A stretch of DNA of 64,000 bases from positions 1,345-65,344 of the forward strand of contig JAXDQF010000280.1 in assembly GCA_034668025.1 (NCBI GenBank), in the 5' to 3' direction. Origin of the DNA: Gammaproteobacteria bacterium (GTDB lineage Bacteria; Pseudomonadota; Gammaproteobacteria; Steroidobacterales; Steroidobacteraceae). Shown piece after piece: positions 47,325 through 57,710 of the stretch. Made by a program: the position numbers and the translations under genes. The notes beneath the pieces are model-generated. The model saw nothing but the letters and a program-made list of their open reading frames with translations, did not search any database and was not told the DNA's origin. Each line of letters starts with the position of its first letter. Positions within the stretch are counted from its first letter, which is position 1.

Positions 47325-48076
47325 GGCTCGCGGACTTTCATCGCTTCGCCACCCGCACGCCCGGGCAACTGTTCCTGCGTGAGACCGAAACGGCGTTCGC
47401 GACTGGTGAAAAACGCCAGGGATGCTTCGAGCTCGGCCACGTCAAATTCCGGCCACAGCACCGGGCTGAAATACAGCTCGGCGTAGGCGGCGTGCCACAA
47501 CAGGAAATTGCTGATCCGCTGCTCGCCTCCCGTGCGGATCATGAGATCCGTCTCCGGCAGATCGGCGAGCTGCAGCTGCGCGGCGAAACGCGTCTCGTCG
47601 ATGTCGGCGACACGTATGGATCCACTGGAGCATTGCCGTGCAAGTTCTTGAGCGGCCTGCACTATATCCCAGCGGCCGCCATAACTCATGGCGATCTGCA
47701 GTTTCAGGCCGTCATTGCCCCCGGTGCGCTGCTCGGCGGCGGCAATCCGCGCCTGCAGACGGACCGCCAGCAGCTTGCGGTCCCCGATGAAACGCACCCG
47801 TACGCGGTTTGCGTGCAGCTCGTCGATTTCGCGGTCGAGCGAGTCCACGAACAGGTTCATGAGACTGGAGACCTCGTCCGCGGGCCGGTTCCAGTTCTCG
47901 CTCGAGAAAGCAAACAGTGTCAGGGCCTCGATTCCGCGGCGCGCGCACTCCTGGATCGCCATGCGCGTGGGCTTGAGACCGGCACGGTGTCCGGCCGCGC
48001 GCGGGACGCCCTGAGCCTTTGCCCAGCGTCCATTGCCATCCATGATGATCGCGACATGCCGCGGAAGTTGCGTCAA
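47321..48076 (-). CDS. uppS: Ditrans,polycis-undecaprenyl-diphosphate synthase
   Basis: HVAIIMDGNGRWA and FSSENWNRP motifs. Confidence 0.96.
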   Translation of the reverse strand: MTQLPRHVAIIMDGNGRWAKAQGVPRAAGHRAGLKPTRMAIQECARRGIEALTLFAFSSENWNRPADEVSSLMNLFVDSLDREIDELHANRVRVRFIGDRKLLAVRLQARIAAAEQRTGGNDGLKLQIAMSYGGRWDIVQAAQELARQCSSGSIRVADIDETRFAAQLQLADLPETDLMIRTGGEQRISNFLLWHAAYAELYFSPVLWPEFDVAELEASLAFFTSRERRFGLTQEQLPGRAGGEAMKVREP

Positions 48077-48630
48077 ACCTGCATGACCTCTTTCTCTTTC
48101 GCGGTCAGCAGCTGTTCGATATCGGCAACGTGCTTGTCGGTGAGCTTCTGAATGTCACCTTCGGCCTTGCGCTCCTCATCCTGCGAGATCAGTTTCTCTT
48201 TCAACATTTCCTTGATGTCGCTCATCACGTCGCGACGCACGTTACGCACGGCGACCCGCGCGCCCTCAGCGTCCTGACGCAGGATCTTCGTGATGTCACG
48301 TCGTCGATCTTCAGTGAGCGCCGGCATCGGGATGCGAATAATCGTTCCCGCCGTCATAGGCGTGAGACCCAGATCCGACTTGTAGATGGCCTTTTCGATC
48401 GGCTGCACCATGGTTTTCTCCCATGGAGAGACGACGAGCGTCCGCCCGTCCTCGACCGCGATGTTGGCCACCTGGTTCAGCGGTGTCTCATTGCCGTAGT
48501 AGTCCACCTTGAGATGCTCTATCAGGCTGGGGTGCGCGCGACCGGTCCGCAGCTTTTTCATGTCGGTCTGAAATGTCTGGACGCACTTGGTCATGCGTAC
48601 CAGCGCGTCCTTCTTAATATCGTCGAGCAT
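48073..48630 (-). CDS. frr: Ribosome recycling factor
   Basis: 185 aa with LRTGRAHPSLIEHLKVDYYG pattern. pyrH-frr order. Confidence 0.96.
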   Translation of the reverse strand: MLDDIKKDALVRMTKCVQTFQTDMKKLRTGRAHPSLIEHLKVDYYGNETPLNQVANIAVEDGRTLVVSPWEKTMVQPIEKAIYKSDLGLTPMTAGTIIRIPMPALTEDRRRDITKILRQDAEGARVAVRNVRRDVMSDIKEMLKEKLISQDEERKAEGDIQKLTDKHVADIEQLLTAKEKEVMQV

Positions 48631-48656
48631 GAGTTCGCGCTCCTGAAAAAAACTGG

Positions 48657-49394
48657 CTATTCGTTCGTTACCAGGGTCCCGACTTCCTCGCCCTTCACGA
48701 TTCGCGTCAGGTCGCCCGAATTGTTGAGATTGAACACCCGCAAAGGCAAGCGGTTATCCCGGCACATGACGATGGCGGTCGCGTCCATCACGTTCAGCTT
48801 GTCGGTGAGCACCCTGTCGAACGTCAGGGTCGAGTAACGGATCGCGGCGGCATTTCGCACCGGATCATCGGAATACACACCGTTGACCTTGGTCGCCTTC
48901 AGAAGCACATCGGCATTGATCTCGATCGCGCGCAGCGAAGCGGCCGTATCGGTCGTGAAAAACGGATTGCCGGTGCCGGCGGCGAAGATCACTACACGCC
49001 CCTTTTCGAGGTGACGGACGGCACGCCTGCGGATGTAGTCCTCACACACCTCGTTGATCCGGATGGCGGACATGACCCGTGCGTGCATGCCGAGCGCCTC
49101 GAGCGCGTCTTGCATGGCGAGGGAATTCATGACGGTCGCGAGCATTCCCATGTGGTCGGCAGCGACGCGATCCATCCCCGCGCGGGCCAAACCGGCGCCG
49201 CGGAAGATATTCCCGCCGCCGATCACCACCGCCGTCTGCACGCCCATCTGCACGATGTCCTGCAGCTCGCCGGCGATCCGCTTGAGTACCGCCGGATCGA
49301 CGCCGTAATCGACAGAGCCCAGCAGCGCCTCACCCGACAATTTCACCAGAATGCGCGAGAAGCGCGGTTTTGAAGGTTCGTTCATCGCATCCAA
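48657..49394 (-). CDS. pyrH: UMP kinase
   Basis: [21 protein letters not shown] motifs. Confidence 0.96.
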   Translation of the reverse strand: MDAMNEPSKPRFSRILVKLSGEALLGSVDYGVDPAVLKRIAGELQDIVQMGVQTAVVIGGGNIFRGAGLARAGMDRVAADHMGMLATVMNSLAMQDALEALGMHARVMSAIRINEVCEDYIRRRAVRHLEKGRVVIFAAGTGNPFFTTDTAASLRAIEINADVLLKATKVNGVYSDDPVRNAAAIRYSTLTFDRVLTDKLNVMDATAIVMCRDNRLPLRVFNLNNSGDLTRIVKGEEVGTLVTNE

Positions 49395-49415
49395 CCTCTC
49401 GCCCTCTAGGTGTTG

Positions 49416-49441
49416 AAAAAAACCCCGCGCGAGGCGGGGTT
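49416..49441 (-). terminator. Rho-independent terminator/attenuator after tsf
   Basis: Minus strand reads AACCCCGC-CTCGC-GCGGGGTT followed by a T-run (A-run 49416-49422 on plus). Lies between the tsf stop (49464) and the pyrH start (49394). Confidence 0.75.
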
Positions 49442-49463
49442 CTTCATGAGCATCGAAGCAACC

Positions 49464-50348
49464 TCAGTGGGTTGCTCCCTTGACCTGTGCCATGACCTCG
49501 GCTACGAAATCGTCCTGCTTCTTTTCGATGCCGGCGCCGACCTCGTACCGCTCGAAGGTAACCACTTCGGCCTTGGCGCCCTTGAGAAGTTTCTCAATCG
49601 TCACATCGGGCTCCTTCACGAAGGGCTGACCCAGCAACGTGATCTCACCCAGCGACTTACGCAGTCGACCTTCAACCATCTTGGCGACGATCTCCGGCGG
49701 CTTGCCTTCACTCTGTGCCTGCTCCGTGAGGATCTCGCGCTCCTTCGCAACCACGTCAGCCGGCACGTCGGCCATTGTCTGGTACCGGGGGTTGCTGGCG
49801 GCCACATGCATGGCCAGGTCGTGCGCCAGGGTTGCATCCCCGCCCTTCACGACTACCAGCGCGCCAATCCGCGTTCCGTGCACATAAGCACCGAGGTTGC
49901 CTTCGGAGCTGAGCACTGCTGAACGGCGAACGCTGATGTTCTCACCGATCTTCGCGATCAGCGCCCGGCGGCGCTCGTCGACAGTCTCACCGCTATCCAG
50001 CTTGGCGGCCAGCAGGGCATCCAGCGGGCCTGCTCCGACGCCCAGGGCTTTCGCAGCCACCGCCTGGGCAAAGCCCCGGAAGTCCTGCTCGCGCGCCACG
50101 AAGTCCGTCTCGCAGTTGATTTCCACCATGGCAGCCTTGCGACCGTCGGCGGCCTTCTCAACCACGATGACGCCTTCAGCGGCCACGCGGGTGGCCTTTT
50201 TGTCGGCCTTGGCCAGCCCCTGCTTGCGCATCAGCTCGGCGGCAGCGTCCAGGTCGCCCTTGGTTTCCACCAGGGCTTTCTTGCATTCCATCATGCCCGC
50301 GCCCGTACGCTCGCGGAGCTGCTTAACCGCATCTGCAGTAATCGTCAT
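49464..50348 (-). CDS. tsf: Elongation factor Ts
   Basis: [22 protein letters not shown]-like N-terminus. rpsB-tsf operon. Confidence 0.97.
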   Translation of the reverse strand: MTITADAVKQLRERTGAGMMECKKALVETKGDLDAAAELMRKQGLAKADKKATRVAAEGVIVVEKAADGRKAAMVEINCETDFVAREQDFRGFAQAVAAKALGVGAGPLDALLAAKLDSGETVDERRRALIAKIGENISVRRSAVLSSEGNLGAYVHGTRIGALVVVKGGDATLAHDLAMHVAASNPRYQTMADVPADVVAKEREILTEQAQSEGKPPEIVAKMVEGRLRKSLGEITLLGQPFVKEPDVTIEKLLKGAKAEVVTFERYEVGAGIEKKQDDFVAEVMAQVKGATH

Positions 50349-50392
50349 AAATTAATCCTCGTGCCGTGCGCCAGGAGCGACCACAGCCAATC

Positions 50393-51427
50393 TCAGTCGC
50401 GACCACCGGTACGGCCGCCCTTGCCACCGCGCCGTGCACCCTGCGGGGGCCGACGATCGGTCGTCGGAGGCGGAGCTACTGGCGGCAAGCCGACGGCGGC
50501 TGCCACTAGTGCCGGATCCTCGACGTCCAGGTCACCCTCGTCGTCGATCTCCGTCGCCTCTGTGGCCTCACCGGCAGCAGGAATCGGGGCCGCCGGGCCG
50601 CCCGGCCTGCGCCGCGCGGGTGCTTTCTTCCGAACGTTCGCCGCGGGGCGCGGACGACCACCGCCGCCGCGGGCCGCCTTCTTGCGCGGATTACCGGCTT
50701 CGTCCAGCTCTACGAACTCGTCCTCGCCCACAGGCGCTGACGGAACTGATTCCTTACCCTCGATGACAGCATCCGCCATACCCGTGGCATACAGCTGAAC
50801 AGCGCGCATTGCGTCGTCGTTGCCCGGGACGACGTAGTCGATGCCGTCAGGCGAGCAATTGGTGTCGACGATCGCCACAACGGGGATGCCGAGCTTCTTG
50901 GCTTCGTGAATGGCGATCTTTTCATGACCGACATCAATGACGAACATGGCATCCGGCAGGGATTCCATGTGCTTGATACCGCCCAGGCTGCGTTCCAGCT
51001 TGTCCATCTCACGACGTAGCTGGGTGGCTTCCTTCTTGCCGCGCTTGTCGAGAGCGCCGGTGGTGGCCAGTTCGGTAATTTCAGCCAGCCGCTTGATGGA
51101 TTGGCGGATGGTCTTGAAGTTGGTCATCATGCCGCCCAGCCAACGCTGGTTCACGAACGGCTGGCCGGAGCGAAGCGCCTCGCGCTGCACAGCCTCACGC
51201 GCCGAGCGCTTGGTGCCGACGAAAAGCACAGTGCCGCCGTCGGCAATGACGCTCTTTACGAAGTTCGCAGCCTCTGTATACAGCGGCTGGGTCTTCTCTA
51301 GGTTGATGATGTGGATTTTATTGCGTTCGCCAAAGATGAAAGGGGCCATCTTCGGGTTCCAGAAGCGGGTCTGATGTCCAAAATGGACGCCCGCTTCCAG
51401 CATCTGTCGCATTGACACGCCGGGCAT
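50393..51427 (-). CDS. rpsB: 30S ribosomal protein S2 with ~100-aa Pro/Gly/Arg-rich C-terminal extension
   Basis: ATG at 51427 (GGAG 8 nt upstream) gives [27 protein letters not shown]. The conserved body ends near ...AVIEGKE; the remainder is low complexity. Confidence 0.95.
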   Translation of the reverse strand: MPGVSMRQMLEAGVHFGHQTRFWNPKMAPFIFGERNKIHIINLEKTQPLYTEAANFVKSVIADGGTVLFVGTKRSAREAVQREALRSGQPFVNQRWLGGMMTNFKTIRQSIKRLAEITELATTGALDKRGKKEATQLRREMDKLERSLGGIKHMESLPDAMFVIDVGHEKIAIHEAKKLGIPVVAIVDTNCSPDGIDYVVPGNDDAMRAVQLYATGMADAVIEGKESVPSAPVGEDEFVELDEAGNPRKKAARGGGGRPRPAANVRKKAPARRRPGGPAAPIPAAGEATEATEIDDEGDLDVEDPALVAAAVGLPPVAPPPTTDRRPPQGARRGGKGGRTGGRD

Positions 51428-51659
51428 AAAAAGTCTCCAAAGTTTGGGTTGGGCCTCCGCGCATCCCTGGTAGCCACCCTTGACGTTCGCGCCGTAAGGC
51501 ACAATTTACGTCTCGGGCACCCAGCCACCAGGCCTCATTAATTGTCAATGACGATGCGCGTGTGGGGTTGCGTTGCCAAAAAAGGCCGCGCTTTATAGCA
51601 TGTCGGTCGAGTCTGAACAATGCCTTACGCGCGCCCACCGGAAGTCCCCTACTGAAGCT

Positions 51660-52427
51660 ATGCACGTGACCGTAAAGACCCCTGAAGAGCAGGAAAAAAT
51701 GCGCGTGGCCGGACGCCTGGCCGCGGAGGTGCTCGACATGATTGGCGAGCACGTCGTGCCCGGTGTCACCACCGAAGAGCTCGATAAGATCTGCCACGAC
51801 TATATTGTCGATGTGCAGCGCTCGATTCCCGCGAACCTCAATTACCGCGGGTTTCCGAAGACTATCTGTACTTCGGTGAATCACGTGGTGTGTCACGGAA
51901 TTCCGAATGACAAGCGGCTCAAGGCCGGCGACATCGTCAACATCGATGTCACTGTGATTCGCGATGGATTCCATGGCGATACCAGCCGGATGTATTTCGT
52001 CGGCAAGCCGCCGACGCATGCGCAGCGATTGGCGGAAACCTGTTTCGAAGCGATGTGGCGTGGAATCGAAACCGTGAAGCCGGGCACGCGGCTGGGCGAT
52101 ATCGGACACGCGATTCAATCGTTCGTGGAAGAGCGCAATTATACGGTTGTGCGCGAATACTGCGGCCACGGCATCGGCCGCGTGTATCACGAGGATCCCC
52201 AGGTTCTGCACTACGGCGAGCCCGGTACGGGCTTTGAGCTGAAGCGCGGAATGACGTTCACGGTGGAACCCATGGTGAATGCCGGCAAGCGTCACGTGCG
52301 ATTACTGCCCGACGGCTGGACCGTGATCACGAAGGACCATTCATTGTCTGCGCAGTGGGAGCACACAGTGCTCGTTACTGATACAGGGGTCGAAGTACTG
52401 ACCCTGGGTGCGGCCGGGCGTCATTAG
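51660..52427 (+). CDS. map: Type I methionine aminopeptidase
   Basis: ATG at 51660 gives MHVTVKTPEEQEKMRVAGRLAAEVLDMI, closely matching the canonical Map N-terminus. Metal ligands in DIVNIDV, HGIG, EPM contexts. Confidence 0.96.
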   Translation: MHVTVKTPEEQEKMRVAGRLAAEVLDMIGEHVVPGVTTEELDKICHDYIVDVQRSIPANLNYRGFPKTICTSVNHVVCHGIPNDKRLKAGDIVNIDVTVIRDGFHGDTSRMYFVGKPPTHAQRLAETCFEAMWRGIETVKPGTRLGDIGHAIQSFVEERNYTVVREYCGHGIGRVYHEDPQVLHYGEPGTGFELKRGMTFTVEPMVNAGKRHVRLLPDGWTVITKDHSLSAQWEHTVLVTDTGVEVLTLGAAGRH

Positions 52428-52448
52428 CAGGCGCCAGCGGCCACCCTG

Positions 52449-52476
52449 CCCGGCAAAAACCGCGCTTTTTGCCGGG
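52449..52476. repeat. Palindromic hairpin repeat CCCGGCAAAAA-N6-TTTTTGCCGGG (copy 2)
   Basis: 11-bp perfect stem, 6-nt loop, just downstream of the map stop. Same family as 5471-5498. Followed by a second hairpin GCCGAAAG...CTTTCGGC at about 52505-52533. Confidence 0.6.
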
Positions 52477-52583
52477 TCGCCGACCGAGACCCACCACCGT
52501 GATCTGCCGAAAGGGCCGCAGGCCGCTTTCGGCCAATGAACACAGAAAGGACGGAATTCCGCCCGGCACGGCATAATGGTCCT

Positions 52584-55283
52584 ATGCCGGTCGGAGATAT
52601 CGACATCCTGGAAGAGCCACTGCCGCTACCGACCCGTAGCGCCCCTTGGCCATTGCTGAACCGCTTGCCGGCATTGCTGGCTGAAGCGAACGGGTCTCGG
52701 ACGGCTTATCGCGATTACCTGCGCCAGGCTCATGAAGAGCTGAAAGCCCGTTTTCTGGCCGAAGATCCCATTGAGGATCTCGTGCATGCGCGCGCCGCGC
52801 TCATCGATTTAGTACTTCGTGAAGCGTGGCGGAGCCAGCATCTCGCCGAGGTCGACTCCTGGGCGCTCGTGGCTGTTGGTGGTTATGGACGCGGTGAGCT
52901 ACACCCCTGCTCCGACATCGACATCATGTTGTTGGTACCGGAGCCGCCGGACGCCGAGGGCCGCGGTAAGCTCGAGCGGTTAGTCACTTTCTTCTGGGAT
53001 ATCGGCCTCGAAGTGGGACACAGCGTCCGCACCGTCGAGGAGTGCGTGCAGGAAAGCACCGCTGACGTGAGCGTGATGACGACGCTTCTCGAAGCACGGC
53101 AGCTCGCTGGAAGCTCCGCACTCGTTGTTCGTATGCGCGATGCGCTGTCTCCCGATCACGTCTGGCCGGTCAAAGAATTCTTCGAAGCCAAGGTGCGCGA
53201 ACAGGCGGAACGGCACACCAAGGCGCACGACACCGCCTACAACCTCGAGCCCAATGTAAAGACGGGACCGGGTGGACTGCGGGACATTCAAACGATTGCC
53301 TGGGTCGCCAAGCGCCATTTCGGCTCCGATACGCTCGACGGCCTGGCCACCCGGGGCTTCCTGTCGGTGGCCGAGCTGCGCCGCCTCAAACAGGCTCAGG
53401 CCTTTCTGTGGAAGGTCCGGTTTGGCCTGCACATTCTCACGGGTCGACGCGAAGACCGTCTCCTCTTCGACCACCAGATCCGACTGGCGCAGACATTCGG
53501 ATACGAGGATGCGTCCTACACCCTCGCGGTCGAGCAGTTCATGCAGCGGTACTACCGCACCGTGATGGATGTCAGCCTGCTGAACGAGTTGTTGTTGCAG
53601 TTGTTTCGCGAGGCGATTCTCTCGGAGAGTGAGCCGCCGAGGCCGTTGAACGCGCGCTTCCAGGTTCGCAACGGCTCACTGGAGGCGGTCAGCAGCGATG
53701 TGTTCGCGCGGACCCCTTCCGCCATCCTCGAGCTGTTCGTTCTGCTGCAACAGAACCCCGATATCAACGGAGTGCGGGCATCTACGATGCGCGCCGTAGC
53801 CCGCAGCCTCTGGCTCATCGACGAGGAGTTCCGCCAGAACCCGCGTAACCATCGATTGTTCTTGGAGATCGTGCGCTCACCTGTTGGAGTGACACACGAG
53901 CTTCGGCGAATGAATACGTACGGCGTACTGGGTCGTTACATTCCGGCGTTCGGACGAATCGTCGGGCGCATGCAGTACGATCTGTTTCATGCGTATACAG
54001 TTGACGCTCATACGCTGTTTGTCGTGAGTAACTTGCGGCGGTTCGCGATTCCTCGGTACGACCACGAGTTGCCGGCAGCGTCGCGGATCATGCAGTCGCT
54101 CCCGCGGACCGAAATTGTTTATCTCGCCGCCCTCTTCCACGACATTGCCAAGGGGCGCGGCGGCGATCACTCCGAGCTGGGTGGGGTAGATGCGGAGGCG
54201 TTCTGCCTCGAGCAAGGCCTGTCCCCCTACGATGCCCGCCTCGTTGCCTGGTTGGTGCGCAATCACCTCGAGCTGTCGATTACCGCCCAGAAGCAGGACA
54301 TCGCGGATCCGCAGGTGATCAATGCGTTCGCACGCAAGGTCGGTGACGAAAACCATCTCGACTATCTGTATGTGTTGACCTGCGCGGACGTTCGCGGGAC
54401 CAATCCCAAGCTGTGGAATTCCTGGAAGGCGTCCCTGTTCCACGATTTCTATGACCGCGTGAAGCGCGCGCTGCGCCGCGGTCTCGAGAGTCCAATCGAC
54501 CAGGAGCAGCTGGTTCGTGAGACGCAGGAAGCCGCTCGACGCCTGCTCATCGAGCACGGCATCTCCGATGCGGAGGTCGAGAAGGCCTGGGCCCGCTTCG
54601 GCGCGCCCTACTTCCTGCGGCATACGCCCGAAGAAGTGGCCTGGCACACCCGGCTGTTGGCAGAGCGCGATATCGGCTCCGATGAGCCGCTGGTCGCACT
54701 CGACCCGCGGGGCGTCCGCGGAACCACTTCAGTGTTGATTTTCGCGCGCCCCAGCCGTCATGGGTTTGCGCGCACCACCGCCGTTCTCGATCAGTTGGGA
54801 TTGAACATCGTCGATGCGCGTATCACGCCCACCGGAGACGGTTTCAGTCTCGACCTGTATCACGTGCTGGAAGACGACGGCGCACCGATCAGTGACAACG
54901 ACCGCAAGAGCGAGATTGAGCACGCCATCTGGCGCTCACTGCAGCGACCGCAAGACACTCCCTTCGCGGTGTCGCGCCGTGCGCCACGGCAGGCTCGCAT
55001 GTTCAACACACCGACACAGATCCAGCTGAACGTCGACGACCGCAACCGCCGGTCGGTCTTGGAGCTCACCGCGGGCGACCGACCCGGCCTGCTGAGTGAC
55101 ATCGGCAAGGTGCTGATGGAGCAACACCTGCAATTGCACGACGCGAAGATCATGACGGTGGGCGAGCGTGCCGAAGACGTTTTCTATATCACGGACTTCG
55201 AACAGCGCCCCCTGAGCGCGGCGGCCGCGCAGACACTCCGAGAGAAATTGATGCAGGCGTTGGATCGACGGCGGGCCGCGTAA
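52584..55283 (+). CDS. glnD: Bifunctional PII uridylyltransferase/uridylyl-removing enzyme
   Basis: Nucleotidyltransferase GGYGRGELHPCSDIDIM, HD domain (LFHDIAKG), two C-terminal ACT domains. Start at 52584 (MPVGDIDIL) preferred; 52536 is possible. Confidence 0.95.
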   Translation: MPVGDIDILEEPLPLPTRSAPWPLLNRLPALLAEANGSRTAYRDYLRQAHEELKARFLAEDPIEDLVHARAALIDLVLREAWRSQHLAEVDSWALVAVGGYGRGELHPCSDIDIMLLVPEPPDAEGRGKLERLVTFFWDIGLEVGHSVRTVEECVQESTADVSVMTTLLEARQLAGSSALVVRMRDALSPDHVWPVKEFFEAKVREQAERHTKAHDTAYNLEPNVKTGPGGLRDIQTIAWVAKRHFGSDTLDGLATRGFLSVAELRRLKQAQAFLWKVRFGLHILTGRREDRLLFDHQIRLAQTFGYEDASYTLAVEQFMQRYYRTVMDVSLLNELLLQLFREAILSESEPPRPLNARFQVRNGSLEAVSSDVFARTPSAILELFVLLQQNPDINGVRASTMRAVARSLWLIDEEFRQNPRNHRLFLEIVRSPVGVTHELRRMNTYGVLGRYIPAFGRIVGRMQYDLFHAYTVDAHTLFVVSNLRRFAIPRYDHELPAASRIMQSLPRTEIVYLAALFHDIAKGRGGDHSELGGVDAEAFCLEQGLSPYDARLVAWLVRNHLELSITAQKQDIADPQVINAFARKVGDENHLDYLYVLTCADVRGTNPKLWNSWKASLFHDFYDRVKRALRRGLESPIDQEQLVRETQEAARRLLIEHGISDAEVEKAWARFGAPYFLRHTPEEVAWHTRLLAERDIGSDEPLVALDPRGVRGTTSVLIFARPSRHGFARTTAVLDQLGLNIVDARITPTGDGFSLDLYHVLEDDGAPISDNDRKSEIEHAIWRSLQRPQDTPFAVSRRAPRQARMFNTPTQIQLNVDDRNRRSVLELTAGDRPGLLSDIGKVLMEQHLQLHDAKIMTVGERAEDVFYITDFEQRPLSAAAAQTLREKLMQALDRRRAA

Positions 55284-55364
55284 AAACCACCCCGCGAAAT
55301 CGAGCTTTACACGAATGGCAAGTGATCACCCTCGAGCAAGACGCTCGCTTTCGCGGGGGCCCCG

Positions 55365-56555
55365 GTGAACCCGAGGCTGGTTCGGCTCCACGCATATCCA
55401 TTTGAACGTCTCGCCCGCCTCAAGGCTGGCGTCACGCCTCCGGCGGGACTTGCGCACATTGCGATGTCCATTGGCGAGCCCCAACACACGCCGCCGGCGT
55501 TTGTGCTCGATGCGCTGCGTGAGAACCTCCATCGCCTGGACAGCTACCCCGCGACAGCCGGTCTGCCGGAGTTTCGTGCGGCGGCGGCTCGTTGGTTGCA
55601 GAGGCGATTCCAGTTGCCGGTTGGGAGCGTGAATCCCGCGACAATGGTGTTGCCGGTGAACGGGACTCGCGAAGCGCTCTTCGCTTTCGTGCAAGCCGTG
55701 GTGGATGATCAGACGCAACCGCTCGTGGCGATGCCAAACCCGTTCTACCAAATATACGAGGGAGCGGCGTTGCTCGCGGGTGCTGAACCCTGCTTCCTCA
55801 ACACGACCGCAGCGACACGCTACGTGCCGGATCTCGATGCCGTCGGCGAACATGCGTGGCGGCGCTGTCAGATCTTGTTTCTGTGCAGTCCCGGCAACCC
55901 CAGTGGCGCTGTGCTCTCCCAGGATTTTTTGCGGCACGCACTCCTGTTGGCAGAGCGGCACAACTTCATTATTGCCGCTGACGAGTGCTACTCGGAGATC
56001 TACCCCGACGAGGAATCACGCCCTATCGGCCTTTTGCAGGCGGCCCTTGCGGCGGGCCACGACAGCTTCCAGCGATGCGTCGTGTTCCACAGTCTTTCCA
56101 AGCGCTCCAGCGTCCCCGGCTTGCGCTCCGGATTTGTCGCTGGTGACCCGCAGGTGATCTCGCGATTTCTCTTGTATCGGACCTATCACGGCAGTGCGAT
56201 GGCGGTTCCGACACAGCTCGCAAGCATCGCCGCCTGGGACGACGACGCGCACGCCGTCGCCAATCGCCGCTTGTACCAGGAGAAGTTCAACGCGGTGATC
56301 CCGATCCTGTCGGATGTGCTCGACATCGAGCGTCCCGAGGGTGGGTTCTATCTGTGGACTGATGTTCGCGCAGATGACGAGCAATTTACCCGTAATCTGT
56401 TTGCCACCAGGAATGTTACGGTGTTGCCCGGCAGTTATCTCGCACGCTCCAACGATGGAATCAATCCTGGCGCCGGGCGCATCCGAATCTCGCTGGTCCC
56501 CAGCGTTGCGCAGTGCATCGAAGCCGCCGAACGTATCCGCTCCCTGGTTAGCTGA
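55365..56555 (+). CDS. dapC: Succinyldiaminopimelate transaminase (class I aminotransferase)
   Basis: PLP-lysine context HSLSKRSSVPGLRSGF. Position immediately upstream of dapD, as in many beta/gammaproteobacteria. Confidence 0.85.
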   Translation: MNPRLVRLHAYPFERLARLKAGVTPPAGLAHIAMSIGEPQHTPPAFVLDALRENLHRLDSYPATAGLPEFRAAAARWLQRRFQLPVGSVNPATMVLPVNGTREALFAFVQAVVDDQTQPLVAMPNPFYQIYEGAALLAGAEPCFLNTTAATRYVPDLDAVGEHAWRRCQILFLCSPGNPSGAVLSQDFLRHALLLAERHNFIIAADECYSEIYPDEESRPIGLLQAALAAGHDSFQRCVVFHSLSKRSSVPGLRSGFVAGDPQVISRFLLYRTYHGSAMAVPTQLASIAAWDDDAHAVANRRLYQEKFNAVIPILSDVLDIERPEGGFYLWTDVRADDEQFTRNLFATRNVTVLPGSYLARSNDGINPGAGRIRISLVPSVAQCIEAAERIRSLVS

Positions 56556-56571
56556 AGGACACCGTTGAGCC

Positions 56572-57405
56572 ATGACCGACCGATCCCACCTGCAATCCCT
56601 CATTGAAGGCGCTTTCGAGCGCCGCGCCGAGCTGACTCCAAAGAATGTGCCCGCAGACCTGGGGCGGGCCATTGATGAGTGCATCGAGCTGCTCGACAGT
56701 GGCCAGGTGCGGGTTGCGGAACCCACAGACGGACGGTGGGTGGTCAATGAGTGGCTGAAAAAAGCGGTCCTGCTTTATTTCCGCACGCACGACAATGTCG
56801 TCATGGACGCAGGCTATACCCGCTTCTATGACAAGGTGCCGCTCAAATATACGCAAGCAACCGAGGGCGACCTGAAGTCCGGTGGAGCTCGGGTCGTACC
56901 GCACGCCATTGTCCGCAAAGGTTCCTACATCGCCCCGAACGTCGTGCTCATGCCGAGCTACGTCAACATCGGTGCCCATGTCGGCTCTGGAACGATGGTC
57001 GACACGTGGGCAACCGTTGGGTCATGTGCGCAAATTGGACGCAACGTGCATTTGTCAGGCGGCGTCGGTATCGGTGGCGTGCTCGAGCCCCTCCAGGCAA
57101 GCCCGACCATCATTGAGGACGACTGCTTCATTGGCGCCCGCTCTGAAGTGGTCGAGGGGGTGGTCGTGGAAGCCGGCTCGGTCATTTCGATGGGCGTTTT
57201 TATCGGCCAAAGCACGCGTATCTACGACCGTACAACGGGTCAGATACTCCAAGGTCGCGTCCCGGCCGGCTCGGTTGTCGTTCCCGGCACACTCCCGTCG
57301 TCCGACGGGCGATATGGGCTGTACTGCGCCGTGATTGTAAAAAGAGTCGACGCTCAGACTCGGTCTAAAACTTCCATCAACGACCTGCTGCGCGTCATCG
57401 ATTGA
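56572..57405 (+). CDS. dapD: 2,3,4,5-tetrahydropyridine-2,6-dicarboxylate N-succinyltransferase
   Basis: 277 aa with hexapeptide-repeat core ([40 protein letters not shown]). Confidence 0.95.
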   Translation: MTDRSHLQSLIEGAFERRAELTPKNVPADLGRAIDECIELLDSGQVRVAEPTDGRWVVNEWLKKAVLLYFRTHDNVVMDAGYTRFYDKVPLKYTQATEGDLKSGGARVVPHAIVRKGSYIAPNVVLMPSYVNIGAHVGSGTMVDTWATVGSCAQIGRNVHLSGGVGIGGVLEPLQASPTIIEDDCFIGARSEVVEGVVVEAGSVISMGVFIGQSTRIYDRTTGQILQGRVPAGSVVVPGTLPSSDGRYGLYCAVIVKRVDAQTRSKTSINDLLRVID

Positions 57406-57549
57406 TGTACACGCGCAACAGTTAACACTCCCCCGCGCGGAAAACGCGCTCCTATAACCGCAATTTAACCTTTGCGGCAGTGACTTTTGTGTCACGCAAG
57501 CTTACGATTCCGGCAGGCTGAGCGAAAGTATTAGATATATGTGAGGGGG

Positions 57550-57568
57550 GTGTCATTCTATTGTCATA
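57550..57568 (+). promoter_or_regulatory. Candidate Pho box (PhoB binding site)
   Basis: G TGTCAT TCTA T TGTCAT A: two TGTCAT hexamers exactly 11 bp apart (57551-57556, 57562-57567), close to CTGTCAT-N4-CTGTCAT. Lies about 145 bp upstream of the porin ATG at 57711. Confidence 0.6.
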
Positions 57569-57710
57569 CGTTATTCGTAGCCTTCGCGGTGCGTTGAGAA
57601 ACGGTTGTTTGCCATAGGCAACAACCTAGAAGAGGCAAACGCCCGAACCAATGCATTTTTTTTCAGCACGCAAATTAACGCGTGCAAGTGTCATTTCAGG
57701 AGCATAAATA

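Noticed and set aside
51428-51659. Possible conserved rpsB 5'-leader regulatory RNA (S2 autoregulation) in the rpsB-map divergent spacer
   Set aside because: I cannot recognise the conserved pseudoknot by eye. It needs a covariance-model search, so it is not reported as a feature.
51318-52295. 325-aa ORF on the minus strand spanning the rpsB start, the rpsB-map spacer and most of map
   Set aside because: It overlaps two strongly supported genes and their divergent promoter region. The translation has no family features. Judged an antisense artefact.
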